IMG/VR virus record: IMGVR_UViG_3300042860_000755
Span: 1 to 59,275 of that record
Reading direction: 5' to 3' (one strand)
DNA length: 59,275 nucleotides
Origin: a virus
Lineage: Duplodnaviria > Caudoviricetes
Part shown: positions 9,206-19,540 of the stretch, piece after piece
Layout of the letters: each line of letters starts with the position of its first letter
Numbering within the stretch: position 1 is the first letter of the stretch
Program-made: the position numbers and the translations under genes
The notes under the pieces: generated by a model
Databases searched by the model: none
The model's input: only the letters and a program-made list of their open reading frames with translations
Told to the model about the DNA's origin: nothing

Positions 9206-9207
9206 CC

Positions 9208-12200
9208 GTGGCTGCAAGGTTCTGGGTCGGTGGTACGGGCACTTGGAACTCGACCAACACAGCTAATTGGTCTGCAACATCTGGCGGTGCTGGCGGTGCA
9301 TCTGTTCCCGGCGCGGCTGACGATGTAACCATCAACACTGCTTCGATTACCGTCACAACAGATTACAACGTATCTGTAATTTCGGTTACGATTAACGCTT
9401 CCGCTGCGACATTAAGTCTTGGCGGTACGTTGACTTGCTCTGGTGCTATCACCCTTACCCAAGGAACCTTCACCACCAACAACTTCAACGTCACTGCAAC
9501 AGCCCTATCGTCCAACAACAGCAACACCCGCACGATCAATCTGGGCAGCAGTACGGTTACGGTGACTGCAAACACGGCGATAATTTTTACCAGCACAACA
9601 AACATGACGTTTAATGCTGGAACGTCACAAATAAATTTGTCAGGAGCTACTGCCACCATTAATAGCGGTGGTTTGACGTTTTACAACGTATCTTTTACAG
9701 ATACCACTGCTGCAACTCGCGTAATTACTGGCGCGAACACATTCAACAACTTAACCGTTTCTGGCCCAGCATCTGCTGGCGTTGTTCAACTCACTTTCGA
9801 CTCTCGCCAAACCATCAACGGCACACTGTCCACCACAGGCACAGCAGGAAACCGCCGTGTTTGGTTCCGTGGTGCCACCTACGGCATTGCCCAAACCCTC
9901 ACCATCAACAGCGCACCAAGCCTGACTGATGCTGATTTCCGTGACATCTACGTCATTGGCACTGCTGCACCGATCAGCGGCACAAGGATTGGCGATCTGC
10001 GTGGCATCAGGGGGATCACTGCGTCTACACCAAAGACGGTGTATTGGAACTTGGCAGGAGCGCAAAACTGGTCGGCAAACGGCTGGGCTACAACATCTAC
10101 AGGTACACCATCCACAGACAACTTTCCGTTGGCTCAGGACACGGCTACGTTTACCAATGCCGGGAGTGTGACTGGCACGATTACGCTTGATGCTGCCATT
10201 CCATATACGGGCACTGTAGATATGTCTGGTCGGACAAGCGCAATGACGCTTGGAGGATCAACGGCCTATGAGGTGTACGGAAATTGGGTGCTTGGTAGTG
10301 GGGTAACTCAAAGCTATTCTGGTACTTTGTCATTTTCAGGTCGTAATACACAGACTATTACTAGCGCCGGAAAGACTCTTTCGAGCGCAATCACCGTAAA
10401 TTCTTACGGCGGCACAGTTGAACTTGCTGATGCGCTGAACATTGGCAGCAACAGCCTCGCCGTCACCAACGGCACGTTTGACACCAAGAACTTCAACGTC
10501 ACTGCTGGTTCTTTAACTTCCACTAACAGCAACGTCAGGACGATTACTCTGGGGTCGAGTACGGTGACGTTGAGTGGATCGTCTCCGGTAACTTTTACAA
10601 CAAGCACAAACTTGACGTTCACTGCTGGAACATCACAGATTAACATGAGCAATAGCTCCACTTTTAGTGGAGGCGGCGTTTCTTTTTACAACATATCTTT
10701 TACTGGAACTGGCGCAGGAGTTGCTCACCAAATATCAGGAACAAACACATTTAACGCCATTACGGTAACAGCCCCAGCGTCTGCGGGTCTAACAGGGCTC
10801 TTGTTCAGTGCAAACCAAACCATCAACGGAACTTTGACCTGCGCTGGAGCCACAGCAGTACGCCGTATCTTCCTGCGCTCTGACACCCTTGGCACTCCCC
10901 GCACATTAACCGTCAACAGCCTGTCAGCCACTGACTGCGACTTCCGTGACATCACAATAGCTGGCACTGCTGCTGGCTCATCGCCTACCCGTGCTGGTGA
11001 CTGCGGTGGCAATACAGGCATCACGTTCCCTGCGGCCAAGACGGTGTACTGGAACTTGGCTGGAAGTCAGAACTGGAGTGCTACAGCTTGGTGTCCATCG
11101 TCTGGGGGTACGCCTGACATCAATCAGTTTCCATTGGCTCAAGACACGGCTGTCTTTGATAACGCTGGTACTGTTGGCACTGTTACGGTTCAAACAGCAT
11201 GGAACATTGGCACGTTAAATATGTCGGGCAGAACTACTGCTTGCACAATTGACTGGTCAAACGGCAGCCCGACTTATTACGGCGATGTGCTTTTAGGTTC
11301 TGGTGTAACACCGGGAACTATTGGTTTTTCCACTATGGGTAAAAGGGGAACGCAAACCATCACAAGTAGTGGGAATACGTGGAGTGGGGCGATGACTATC
11401 GACTCCGCGACAGGCACGGTACAACTGGCAGACGCTCTGACACTTATTGCTGCACGAACCCTAACCCTGACCAGCGGCACGTTTGATGCTGTGACGTACA
11501 ACGTGACAACGGGATTGTTTACAGGCGCATTTTCAACTATTAAAACATTAAAAATGGGTTCCGGTACATGGACGTTAACAGGAACAGGCAATGTCTGGAA
11601 TTTTTCGGGTGCGGCATCGTTTGTAAATTTTTATAAGGGAACCGCAAACATTATTTTGTCTGATACTAGTTCAACAGCAAGAAATTTTCAGGGTGACGGT
11701 CTTTCCTACAACAAACTTACCATCGGCGGCACAACGGGCACATCAACTCTGACCATCGGTGGCAACAACCAATTCACCGAACTAGCCTCCACCAAGACCG
11801 TAGCCCATACCATTGCCCTTGGCACAACCACACAGACCTTTGGCGCTTGGACGGTCACAGGCACAGCAGGTAACGTGGTCACAGTCACAGGTACTGCTGC
11901 TTTGACGATTGCTGGTGCAGCGGTGTCAGGCGTGGATTACTTGGCGCTTGGCACAACCACAGTCAGCGCAACAAGCCCCGGTGAGTTCTACGCTGGTGCA
12001 AACAGCACGGCAACTTCTGCGGCTGCTCCTTTGTACTTGACTGCCAAGCCTGCCGACAGCACCCGATACTGGGTTGGCGGCGCGGGCAACTGGAGCGACA
12101 CGGCTCGGTGGTCTACGTCTTCTGGTGGCGGCTCTGGAGCCTCTGTGCCCCGCAGCCATGATGATGTGGTGTTTGACTCACTGTCCAACGCTACTGCCTA

Positions 12201-15120
12201 CACGGCCACGGTAAATGCCGTCACTGGAGGCATCAGAACAAAGGCGCTGACGATTGCTGGGCCTTTGACGGGCAACCTGACGCTGGCCGGATCAACTGCA
12301 ATTGTTGGTATTCACGGCAACGTGACGCTGCCCGCAACGGGCCTGACGAGGACGTACACGGGTGACATTACTTTATCTGGATCGGCTACGGGGCGTACAC
12401 TGACAACCAATGGCGTTGTACTGGCATCTAGTGTTGTGCTTAACGGTGTAAATTCTGGCTGGACACTTGGAAGTGCTTTTGATAATACGGCAACCAGTGC
12501 AGATTTTACTGTTACTAACGGAACGTTTAACACTGGAAACTTCAATCTTACAACCAGAATTTTTTCCTCAGACAATTCAAACTCAAGAACAATAACATTT
12601 GGTTCTTCCACTGTTTTATTAAACTTTGCAAGTTCTCCTGCGCTTAATTTTGGCACAACTGAATCAGTTCGTGCTGGATTAACCTTTAACTCAAACACAT
12701 CTCAGATTAATTTTTCTGGAGCAAGCTCTGGCATTTCGGGAAACAACCAAACGTTTTACAACGTAGCCTTTACCAGCACATCCGCAGGCACAGTTACCAT
12801 CAACGGAGCAAACACCTTCAACAACCTGTCGGTCACAGGCATTACCTCTGCTGGCCTGAAGAACGTATCTCTCACAGCCAACCAAACCATCAACGGCACA
12901 CTGACGCTTTCCGCTGGCACTAACGCCACGATGCGGCACTTCGTCCGCTCAGACACCATTGGCACAACCCGCACACTGACCTGCGCTGCTTTCTCAGGAA
13001 CAGATGCAGACTTCCGTGACATCACCATTGCTGGTGCTGCTGCCCCTGTCAGTGGTACTCGTTTGGGTGATTGCAAAGGCAACAGTGGGATTACGTTCCC
13101 TGCGGCTAAGACGGTCTATTGGAACTTTGCCACAACGGCAAGCTGGAGCGGTGTTGTGTGGGCATCGTCAATTGGCGGCACACCAGACAACATTTATTTC
13201 CCTCTTGCCCAAGACACAATTGTGTTTCCCAGTTCTTCACCAAATAGCGGTGTAACTGTGAGTCTTGGCAACTCTTACAACATCGGCACGATTGATATGT
13301 CTGCCCGTACCAGCAACACAATGACGCTGGCAACGAGTACGAATACACCAGCAATCTACGGCAACTGGATCAATGGTACTGGCACAACGCTGACGGGTAC
13401 GGGTGTGATGACCTTTGCAGGGCGTGGCAGCCAAACGATTACAAGTGCTGGCATTACGTTTACGCAACCTTTTACGTTTGACACTCCTGGTGGATCAGTC
13501 ACGCTACAAGACAATTTTTTCCCAGGCAGAAACACAAGCGGTGCGGTCATTCTTACTTCTGGAACATTTAATGCTAATGGGTATAACGTTACTTTTGCTG
13601 GGTCAACTAGCGGGATGCAAAGCTCAGGAACAGCAATAAGGACACTTTCTTTTGGTTCTGGTACATGGACTTTTGCTGGAGCGTCTACGCCATTTACTGC
13701 TGTGTCTACCAACCTCACCGTCACAGGCACAGGCACGATCAGCCTCACCAATGCATCTGCCAAGACGTTTGCTGGCGGCGGCATCTCCTACTCAGGCATC
13801 ACCCTTGACCAAGGCGGAGCTGGTGCATTGACCATCACAGGCAACAACACCTTTGCCAACATCACCAACACCTACAGCGCAACGGGTGCAACGAACATCA
13901 CCATTGGCACGACAACGCAGCGTGTAACGCAATGGACGGCCACAGGGGCGGCAACTCGGGTTCTGACGGTACAGGGCACATCTGCATCCAGCCCCGGCAC
14001 ATTGATCCTGACAGGCGGCACAGACCCCAGCGTCGATTATTTGGCAGTCACTGGGGTACGGGCATACAGTCTTGATACCACATGGTATGCGGGGGCCAAC
14101 TCAACCAACAACGGTTCGCTGGGCTGGTATTTTGAAGCTGGCGTGGTGGCAATTACCGCCACCATTTCTGAGACATCCACTGCAACCGATGCGGTATCTG
14201 CGGTACTCACATACGTTTCAAGCATCAGCGAAACGTCCACAGCAACGGACACTGTAGGCGCACCGGGCAGCACATTTAACCCCAGCCTGTCTGAAGCAGC
14301 CACGGCAACGGACGCTGTCGCAGGCACACTGACCTTGCTGGCGCAGGTGGCTGACGCCCTCACTGGCACAGACACTGTAGCTGCCACGCTTGCAATCAAT
14401 CGTAGCGTTTCTGAAACTGCTACGGCAACGGACGCAACAGCAGGCAGGTTTGCGTTTGCCGGCATTATTCTGGAGTCCGCCACGGCCACAGATGCGACCA
14501 GCACAACTGGCACATTCAATCCCAGCCTTGCAGAAACCAGCACGGCAACCGACTCGGACAGCGCCAGCGGAGTGTTCAATCCCAGCCTGTCTGAAACCGC
14601 CACGGCTACAGACGCGCCCAGCACGGCCAACAACACGTTCAACCCAAGCCTTGCGGAAACGGCTACGGGGACTGACAGCCCGGTTGCCAATCTGAGTGTT
14701 GCTGGCGCTGTTTCCGAAACCGCCACTGCCACGGATACAACTCAATCGGTGGTAATTTTTGTGGGGGCAGTATCTGAAACTGCCACGGCAACTGATCTGA
14801 TCAGCGCCCTGACTAACTTCTTGGGGCAGATTGCAGAGACGGCTACGGCAACGGACATTACGCTGGTGGCCCCGTCAGTGTTTGGCCCGCAGGTTCAAGA
14901 GGCTGTTGCCGCGCTGGACTTGGTGTCTACCTTTGCCACGTTCAATGTTCAGCTTGTGGAGTCCGCCACGGTGCTGGACTCCGTCATTGGGGCATTCCTG
15001 TGGAACCTGATCGACGACAACCAGAACCCCAACTGGGTGGTCATCTCGACCCCGCAGAACCCCGGTTGGTCAGTCATAGATGACAGCCAGAACCCGAACT
15101 GGCAAAATACCGACGCATAA
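9208..15120 (+). CDS. Large repetitive tail fibre / beta-solenoid adhesin (1970 aa)
   Basis: Very Thr/Gly/Ser-rich; three KTVYWN...FPLAQDT modules, two WVGG...SGG.GASVP modules, C-terminal SETATATD repeats. Confidence 0.75.
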   Translation: MAARFWVGGTGTWNSTNTANWSATSGGAGGASVPGAADDVTINTASITVTTDYNVSVISVTINASAATLSLGGTLTCSGAITLTQGTFTTNNFNVTATALSSNNSNTRTINLGSSTVTVTANTAIIFTSTTNMTFNAGTSQINLSGATATINSGGLTFYNVSFTDTTAATRVITGANTFNNLTVSGPASAGVVQLTFDSRQTINGTLSTTGTAGNRRVWFRGATYGIAQTLTINSAPSLTDADFRDIYVIGTAAPISGTRIGDLRGIRGITASTPKTVYWNLAGAQNWSANGWATTSTGTPSTDNFPLAQDTATFTNAGSVTGTITLDAAIPYTGTVDMSGRTSAMTLGGSTAYEVYGNWVLGSGVTQSYSGTLSFSGRNTQTITSAGKTLSSAITVNSYGGTVELADALNIGSNSLAVTNGTFDTKNFNVTAGSLTSTNSNVRTITLGSSTVTLSGSSPVTFTTSTNLTFTAGTSQINMSNSSTFSGGGVSFYNISFTGTGAGVAHQISGTNTFNAITVTAPASAGLTGLLFSANQTINGTLTCAGATAVRRIFLRSDTLGTPRTLTVNSLSATDCDFRDITIAGTAAGSSPTRAGDCGGNTGITFPAAKTVYWNLAGSQNWSATAWCPSSGGTPDINQFPLAQDTAVFDNAGTVGTVTVQTAWNIGTLNMSGRTTACTIDWSNGSPTYYGDVLLGSGVTPGTIGFSTMGKRGTQTITSSGNTWSGAMTIDSATGTVQLADALTLIAARTLTLTSGTFDAVTYNVTTGLFTGAFSTIKTLKMGSGTWTLTGTGNVWNFSGAASFVNFYKGTANIILSDTSSTARNFQGDGLSYNKLTIGGTTGTSTLTIGGNNQFTELASTKTVAHTIALGTTTQTFGAWTVTGTAGNVVTVTGTAALTIAGAAVSGVDYLALGTTTVSATSPGEFYAGANSTATSAAAPLYLTAKPADSTRYWVGGAGNWSDTARWSTSSGGGSGASVPRSHDDVVFDSLSNATAYTATVNAVTGGIRTKALTIAGPLTGNLTLAGSTAIVGIHGNVTLPATGLTRTYTGDITLSGSATGRTLTTNGVVLASSVVLNGVNSGWTLGSAFDNTATSADFTVTNGTFNTGNFNLTTRIFSSDNSNSRTITFGSSTVLLNFASSPALNFGTTESVRAGLTFNSNTSQINFSGASSGISGNNQTFYNVAFTSTSAGTVTINGANTFNNLSVTGITSAGLKNVSLTANQTINGTLTLSAGTNATMRHFVRSDTIGTTRTLTCAAFSGTDADFRDITIAGAAAPVSGTRLGDCKGNSGITFPAAKTVYWNFATTASWSGVVWASSIGGTPDNIYFPLAQDTIVFPSSSPNSGVTVSLGNSYNIGTIDMSARTSNTMTLATSTNTPAIYGNWINGTGTTLTGTGVMTFAGRGSQTITSAGITFTQPFTFDTPGGSVTLQDNFFPGRNTSGAVILTSGTFNANGYNVTFAGSTSGMQSSGTAIRTLSFGSGTWTFAGASTPFTAVSTNLTVTGTGTISLTNASAKTFAGGGISYSGITLDQGGAGALTITGNNTFANITNTYSATGATNITIGTTTQRVTQWTATGAATRVLTVQGTSASSPGTLILTGGTDPSVDYLAVTGVRAYSLDTTWYAGANSTNNGSLGWYFEAGVVAITATISETSTATDAVSAVLTYVSSISETSTATDTVGAPGSTFNPSLSEAATATDAVAGTLTLLAQVADALTGTDTVAATLAINRSVSETATATDATAGRFAFAGIILESATATDATSTTGTFNPSLAETSTATDSDSASGVFNPSLSETATATDAPSTANNTFNPSLAETATGTDSPVANLSVAGAVSETATATDTTQSVVIFVGAVSETATATDLISALTNFLGQIAETATATDITLVAPSVFGPQVQEAVAALDLVSTFATFNVQLVESATVLDSVIGAFLWNLIDDNQNPNWVVISTPQNPGWSVIDDSQNPNWQNTDA
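14160..14985 (+). repeat. Tandem ~19-21-aa (S/A)ET(A/S)TATD coding repeats
   Basis: More than ten degenerate copies, several preceded by FNPSL. Confidence 0.85.
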
Positions 15121-15174
15121 AATACTCAAGCGCCAAGCTGGACTCAAATCCAAACAGTCTGATAAGGAATCCAC

Positions 15175-17352
15175 ATGCCAACATCATACACATCCCTTCT
15201 CGGTCTGGCTCTTCCGGTTACGGGAGAACTGTCCGGCACTTGGGGCGCTACGGTAAATGACTCCATCACTTCTTTGCTGGACACCGCTGTGGCGGGCACA
15301 ACCAGCATTACGACCGATGCGGATATCACGCTAACGACCACCACGGGCGCGTCCAATCAAGCACGACAAGCGATTATTTTGTGGAACCCTGCGTCGGGCA
15401 CTACGACTCGCAACATTACAGCCCCCGCACAGTCCAAGATTTACACGGTGATCAACGCTTCTGGTGGTACGCAGTCCATCGTGTTCCGTGGCGTAGGCCC
15501 GACAACTGGCGTGACCATCGTTAAAGGCGAGTCCGCTGTTGTTGCATGGAACGGCTCTGACTTCATCAAAGTCAGCAACACCAGCGGCGCAGGAACATTT
15601 ACCGACCTGACTGTTACGGGCAACCTGGGCGTTGGGACGAGTTCGCCTACAGCAAAGCTGGAGGTATTTGGTGGCTACGTTATTTCCGGTACTGCGTCGT
15701 CAGTCAACGGCTCCAAGATTCTTGGCGGGTATTACACATCAGGGCACCTTGCAACATTTGGCGGCGAATTCTCCAGCGGTGGCCCGGTTATTGGTTACGG
15801 AGTTTGGCCGTCTACTTCCGCTTCTGGAGCATTTGTAAGCGCAACCACCATCAATGTGGCTCGCGGTGCGTACACCATAGTTGGTGATCAGCATGTCTGG
15901 AGCGGCGGCGGTGCGCAAACCGTAGCTATTGATAGCGCGGTCACCACTTCTGAACGAATGCGCCTTGACGCCTCCGGCAACCTCGGTCTGGGGGTGACGC
16001 CGAGTGCTTGGAGTTCGGGTTCTGGTAGAGCAATAGAAATTGGCCCGTCGGCCACCGGCTTCTTGTTCAACGACTCAAACAACACAAACCTTGGGTCTAA
16101 CGCATACTTTAACGCTGGCTGGAAATATCAAACATCTTCTGTTGGCGCTTCGCGGTACGCGCAAAGCAGCGGAAGTCACACTTGGTACACCGCAGGTTCC
16201 GGCACAGCAGGCAATGCGATCACCTTCACGCAGGCAATGACACTGGATGCGAGTGGGAATTTGGGGGTTGGTACAACTTCACCTGATACTAGGCTGCATG
16301 TAGATGGGGCCACCAACACCACAATCAGAGTCACATCGACAACAAATGCTGACTTCCGTGGCTTTGGTATCGGAGCGGCGGAGGCTGACACTGCTGAATA
16401 TGCTTCTTTCAAGTTGAATGTGGATACTGGTGAGCTAAGAACCTATGTTGGCCCCAGCACATACGGCGGTTTTCAAACTTTTTACACCAACGGCTCCGAA
16501 CGCGCCCGCATCACGAGCGGGGGGAATTTGCTGGTAGGGACTACTTCGTCTTCATCAACCGCAATAATTACATCAGTAGGAAACGCGGGCGGGTATGCTT
16601 TCTTGTCTGACGGTAGTGACACCAACAACATTCTTCTTTCGTACAACGCATCTGCGGGTGTAAATCAGTTTGCTATTCGCCATAACCTTGGAAACACTGA
16701 AATTGGGGCAATTCGCGCTGATGGGGGTTTGGTTTTCTTAGCGGGCAACACCGAACGCGCCCGCATCGACTCCAGCGGGAATTTGCTGGTGGGGACTACA
16801 AGCCAGCCAACTTTTGCAACATCGCGTGCAGTAGTTTCATACGGAAACGCAGACTACGCCTTTGCAGTAGTAAACAGCAACGCAGTCCCATATGGGATGG
16901 CGATGGGGTACACGGGAGCCGCGCCAAACAGTACAAGCAGCGCATTTTTTTACTGTCAAGATAGCGGCCCTACGCAAAGATTTTCTGTGCGCTCAAACGG
17001 AGGCGTTTATAACTACCAAGCCAACGATGTCAACCTGTCCGACCGCCGCGAGAAGACTAACTTTGCACCTGCCAAGTCTTATCTTGACACCATCTGCGCC
17101 ATCTCGGTTCAGACCTTCAACTACATCGACCAAAACATGGAAGAAGACCCCGGCCTGACGCTGGGCGTGGTGGCGCAGGACGTTCAGGCTGTTGCGCCTG
17201 AGTTGGTCATGGAAAGCAACTGGGGCAGCAAAGATGACCCCAGGATGCGGCTGTCGATCTACCAGACCGACCTGCAATATGCGCTGATGAAGTGCATCCA
17301 AGAACTCAAAGCCGAGGTTGACAGCCTCAAATCTCAACTCAAAGGAGCCTAA
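15175..17352 (+). CDS. Tail fibre with C-terminal intramolecular chaperone (peptidase S74-like)
   Basis: Repeated ER(M/A)R(L/I)..SGNL..G units; SDRREKTN autocleavage motif, GVVAQDV, terminal coiled coil. Confidence 0.85.
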   Translation: MPTSYTSLLGLALPVTGELSGTWGATVNDSITSLLDTAVAGTTSITTDADITLTTTTGASNQARQAIILWNPASGTTTRNITAPAQSKIYTVINASGGTQSIVFRGVGPTTGVTIVKGESAVVAWNGSDFIKVSNTSGAGTFTDLTVTGNLGVGTSSPTAKLEVFGGYVISGTASSVNGSKILGGYYTSGHLATFGGEFSSGGPVIGYGVWPSTSASGAFVSATTINVARGAYTIVGDQHVWSGGGAQTVAIDSAVTTSERMRLDASGNLGLGVTPSAWSSGSGRAIEIGPSATGFLFNDSNNTNLGSNAYFNAGWKYQTSSVGASRYAQSSGSHTWYTAGSGTAGNAITFTQAMTLDASGNLGVGTTSPDTRLHVDGATNTTIRVTSTTNADFRGFGIGAAEADTAEYASFKLNVDTGELRTYVGPSTYGGFQTFYTNGSERARITSGGNLLVGTTSSSSTAIITSVGNAGGYAFLSDGSDTNNILLSYNASAGVNQFAIRHNLGNTEIGAIRADGGLVFLAGNTERARIDSSGNLLVGTTSQPTFATSRAVVSYGNADYAFAVVNSNAVPYGMAMGYTGAAPNSTSSAFFYCQDSGPTQRFSVRSNGGVYNYQANDVNLSDRREKTNFAPAKSYLDTICAISVQTFNYIDQNMEEDPGLTLGVVAQDVQAVAPELVMESNWGSKDDPRMRLSIYQTDLQYALMKCIQELKAEVDSLKSQLKGA

Positions 17353-17355
17353 ATC

Positions 17356-17664
17356 ATGACTACTATCACCTGGACAATCACTGCGATGGACTGCTATCCG
17401 CAAGAGGGTGGCAACACCGATGTCGTCTTCAATGTCCACTGGACATGCGCTGGCACTGACGGCACATACAACGCCTCTGTGTACTCCACCTGTGCTGTTC
17501 CCGCGCCGACTGGCTCCGCCTTCACGCCCTACGCCAACCTGACTCAAGAGCAAGTCTTGGGCTGGATTTGGGCCAACGGCGTGGATCAAGCCGCTACAGA
17601 GGTCGCTGTGCTACAGCAGATCAATCCGCCCGTGGTGAAGCCGCCCCTGCCGTGGTTGGCATAA
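17356..17664 (+). CDS. Tail-fibre-associated small protein
   Basis: FTPYANLTQEQVLGW...PPLPW motif, common right after S74 fibres. Confidence 0.6.
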   Translation: MTTITWTITAMDCYPQEGGNTDVVFNVHWTCAGTDGTYNASVYSTCAVPAPTGSAFTPYANLTQEQVLGWIWANGVDQAATEVAVLQQINPPVVKPPLPWLA

Positions 17665-17759
17665 TTAATGAGGTCATACCGCTGGACCTGATAGCGGCAA
17701 CAGCACGGAGAATGACATGGACGATCTTCTCGGCAATCTGGATTACGAGGTGACCTGTC

Positions 17760-18029
17760 ATGGCATGGGCTGACGTACTCAAAGCAATCATCCCGATTGT
17801 AGTCATGTCATTGGCCTGGCTTCTTGGTGAGGTCAATTCGTTTTCTGAGCGCCTGACCAAGATCGAAGGCCAGATGCCTGCTCTCATCACCAAGGAAGGC
17901 ACCCCGACCGACAGCCCAATCAGCGCGGAGCGTAGGGCCATCATGAAAGAGCAGTTGATGACCCACATCAATGAGCTTCAAGTCAAAGTGAGACTTCTTG
18001 AAGAGCGTGAAAAACTCGGCAAGAAGTAA
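17760..18029 (+). CDS. Membrane-anchored coiled-coil protein (lysis region)
   Basis: GAGG RBS; N-terminal TM then coiled coil. Confidence 0.55.
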   Translation: MAWADVLKAIIPIVVMSLAWLLGEVNSFSERLTKIEGQMPALITKEGTPTDSPISAERRAIMKEQLMTHINELQVKVRLLEEREKLGKK

Positions 18030-18035
18030 ACGCAT

Positions 18036-18518
18036 ATGATCGACCCGATCACCGCCCTTGCTGCGATATCGTCAGCGGTCGAACTTGTAAAAAAGGTCGC
18101 CGCGACGGTTGATGATGTCACTTCGCTTGGGCCGGTGTTGGGTAAGTATTTTGATGCCAAAGCTGATGCGATTGAAGTTGTCCAAAAGTCACAAGAGGGC
18201 GGGTTCAAGGGGTCGGCGCTGGGCAAGGCGCTTGAGTTGGAGATGGCCATCGAGCAGGCAAAGCAGTTTGAAGAGCAGATCAAGATGCTGTTTTTCCAGG
18301 CAAACAAAATGGATGTCTGGGTTCGGATTGCTGCTCGGGCGCAAAGGATGGAAGCCGACGCGGCACATGCAACACGGCGCAAAAAAGAAGCCCAAAAGAA
18401 ACACGAACAGGAAATGGAAGAATTGTTTGTCGTGGTGATTGGCATCGTCGTGGTGTTCGTCACTGTCGGCGCAACCGTCTGGTTTATTATGGAAGCAACC
18501 GCACAAGGAACAAGATAA
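18036..18518 (+). CDS. Hypothetical protein with C-terminal TM helix
   Basis: MIDPITALAA start; hydrophobic C-terminus. Confidence 0.6.
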   Translation: MIDPITALAAISSAVELVKKVAATVDDVTSLGPVLGKYFDAKADAIEVVQKSQEGGFKGSALGKALELEMAIEQAKQFEEQIKMLFFQANKMDVWVRIAARAQRMEADAAHATRRKKEAQKKHEQEMEELFVVVIGIVVVFVTVGATVWFIMEATAQGTR

Positions 18519-19021
18519 TGCTGTCACTCATCTCTACCCTCGGCGGCCTGCTGATCAGCGGCCTGCCCAAACTGCTTGAGTACTTTCAAAACAAGGCCGA
18601 CCAGAAGCACGAACTTGCCCTGGCCAGGATGCAGAACGAACGGGAGCTTGCCCTTGCGGCTCAGGGCTACGCCGCCCAGCAGAAGATCGAGGAAATCCGC
18701 ACCGATCAGGTCATGATGCAGACCGAAGCGCAGATGACAGAAGCTGCGCTTAAGCACGATGAAAAGGTGCTCGACAGGGCTAGCCAGTGGGTTGCCAATT
18801 ACGTCGGCACCGTGCGCCCGACGGTGACGTACATCTTCGTGCTGGAGTTGGTGCTGATCAATCTGTTCCTGTGCTACTACCTGTACACAAACCCCGGCAT
18901 GATCAAGAGCATGGACGACGTGCTGCGCTACTCGGACATTATCTTCAGCCCTGACGAAATGGCCATGTTGGGTGGAATTATTGGGTTTTGGTTTGGTTCT
19001 AGAAACTGGAACAAAAAGTGA
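18518..19021 (+). CDS. Putative holin
   Basis: Three hydrophobic segments, VRPTVTY and IIGFWFGSR motifs; directly upstream of the lysozyme. Confidence 0.65.
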   Translation: MLSLISTLGGLLISGLPKLLEYFQNKADQKHELALARMQNERELALAAQGYAAQQKIEEIRTDQVMMQTEAQMTEAALKHDEKVLDRASQWVANYVGTVRPTVTYIFVLELVLINLFLCYYLYTNPGMIKSMDDVLRYSDIIFSPDEMAMLGGIIGFWFGSRNWNKK

Positions 19022-19533
19022 AACTGAGCAAGGTCGGCGTTGACTTGATGCACAAGTACGAGGGGTTTAGAAACCGCCCGTACCTGTGCCCGGCGCACAT
19101 CTGGACAATTGGCTACGGCCATGTGCTGTACCAAGAACAAATTCGCCTGCCCATGATGCGGCCAGAAGGCAAAACCAAGGCCGACATTCCCATGATCCGC
19201 AGTGAGTACCCGCTCAAACCGGAGGACAATCGTGTCTGGTCCAAGCAAGAAATTAATGATCTCTTCGACGCGGATGTCGCAAGTTTTGAACGTGGTGTTC
19301 TTCGACTTGTTCCCGGCAGTGTTGGCAGTCAAGGCCGCTTTGACGCTCTGGTCAGTATTTCCTTTAATTTCGGGCTAGGCAATCTCCAGCGCAGCAGCAT
19401 CCGCATGAAAGCCAACCGAGGCGATTGGGAAGGCGCAGCAGACGCTTTCTTGCTTTGGAACAAGGGCGGGGGTAAAGTGTTGGCAGGGTTGGATCGCCGC
19501 CGCAAGGACGAACGCGCCCTCTTTTTGTCGTAG
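19018..19533 (+). CDS. Endolysin, GH24 lysozyme
   Basis: EGFRNRPYLCPAHIWTIGYGH, FDALVSISFNFG, GLDRRRKDERALF. Confidence 0.9.
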   Translation: MKLSKVGVDLMHKYEGFRNRPYLCPAHIWTIGYGHVLYQEQIRLPMMRPEGKTKADIPMIRSEYPLKPEDNRVWSKQEINDLFDADVASFERGVLRLVPGSVGSQGRFDALVSISFNFGLGNLQRSSIRMKANRGDWEGAADAFLLWNKGGGKVLAGLDRRRKDERALFLS

Positions 19534-19540
19534 GACAGCC

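Noticed and set aside
9208-17352. Diversity-generating retroelement or invertible tail-fibre cassette
   Set aside because: No reverse transcriptase, invertase or TR/VR pair seen; the repeats are in-frame coding modules.
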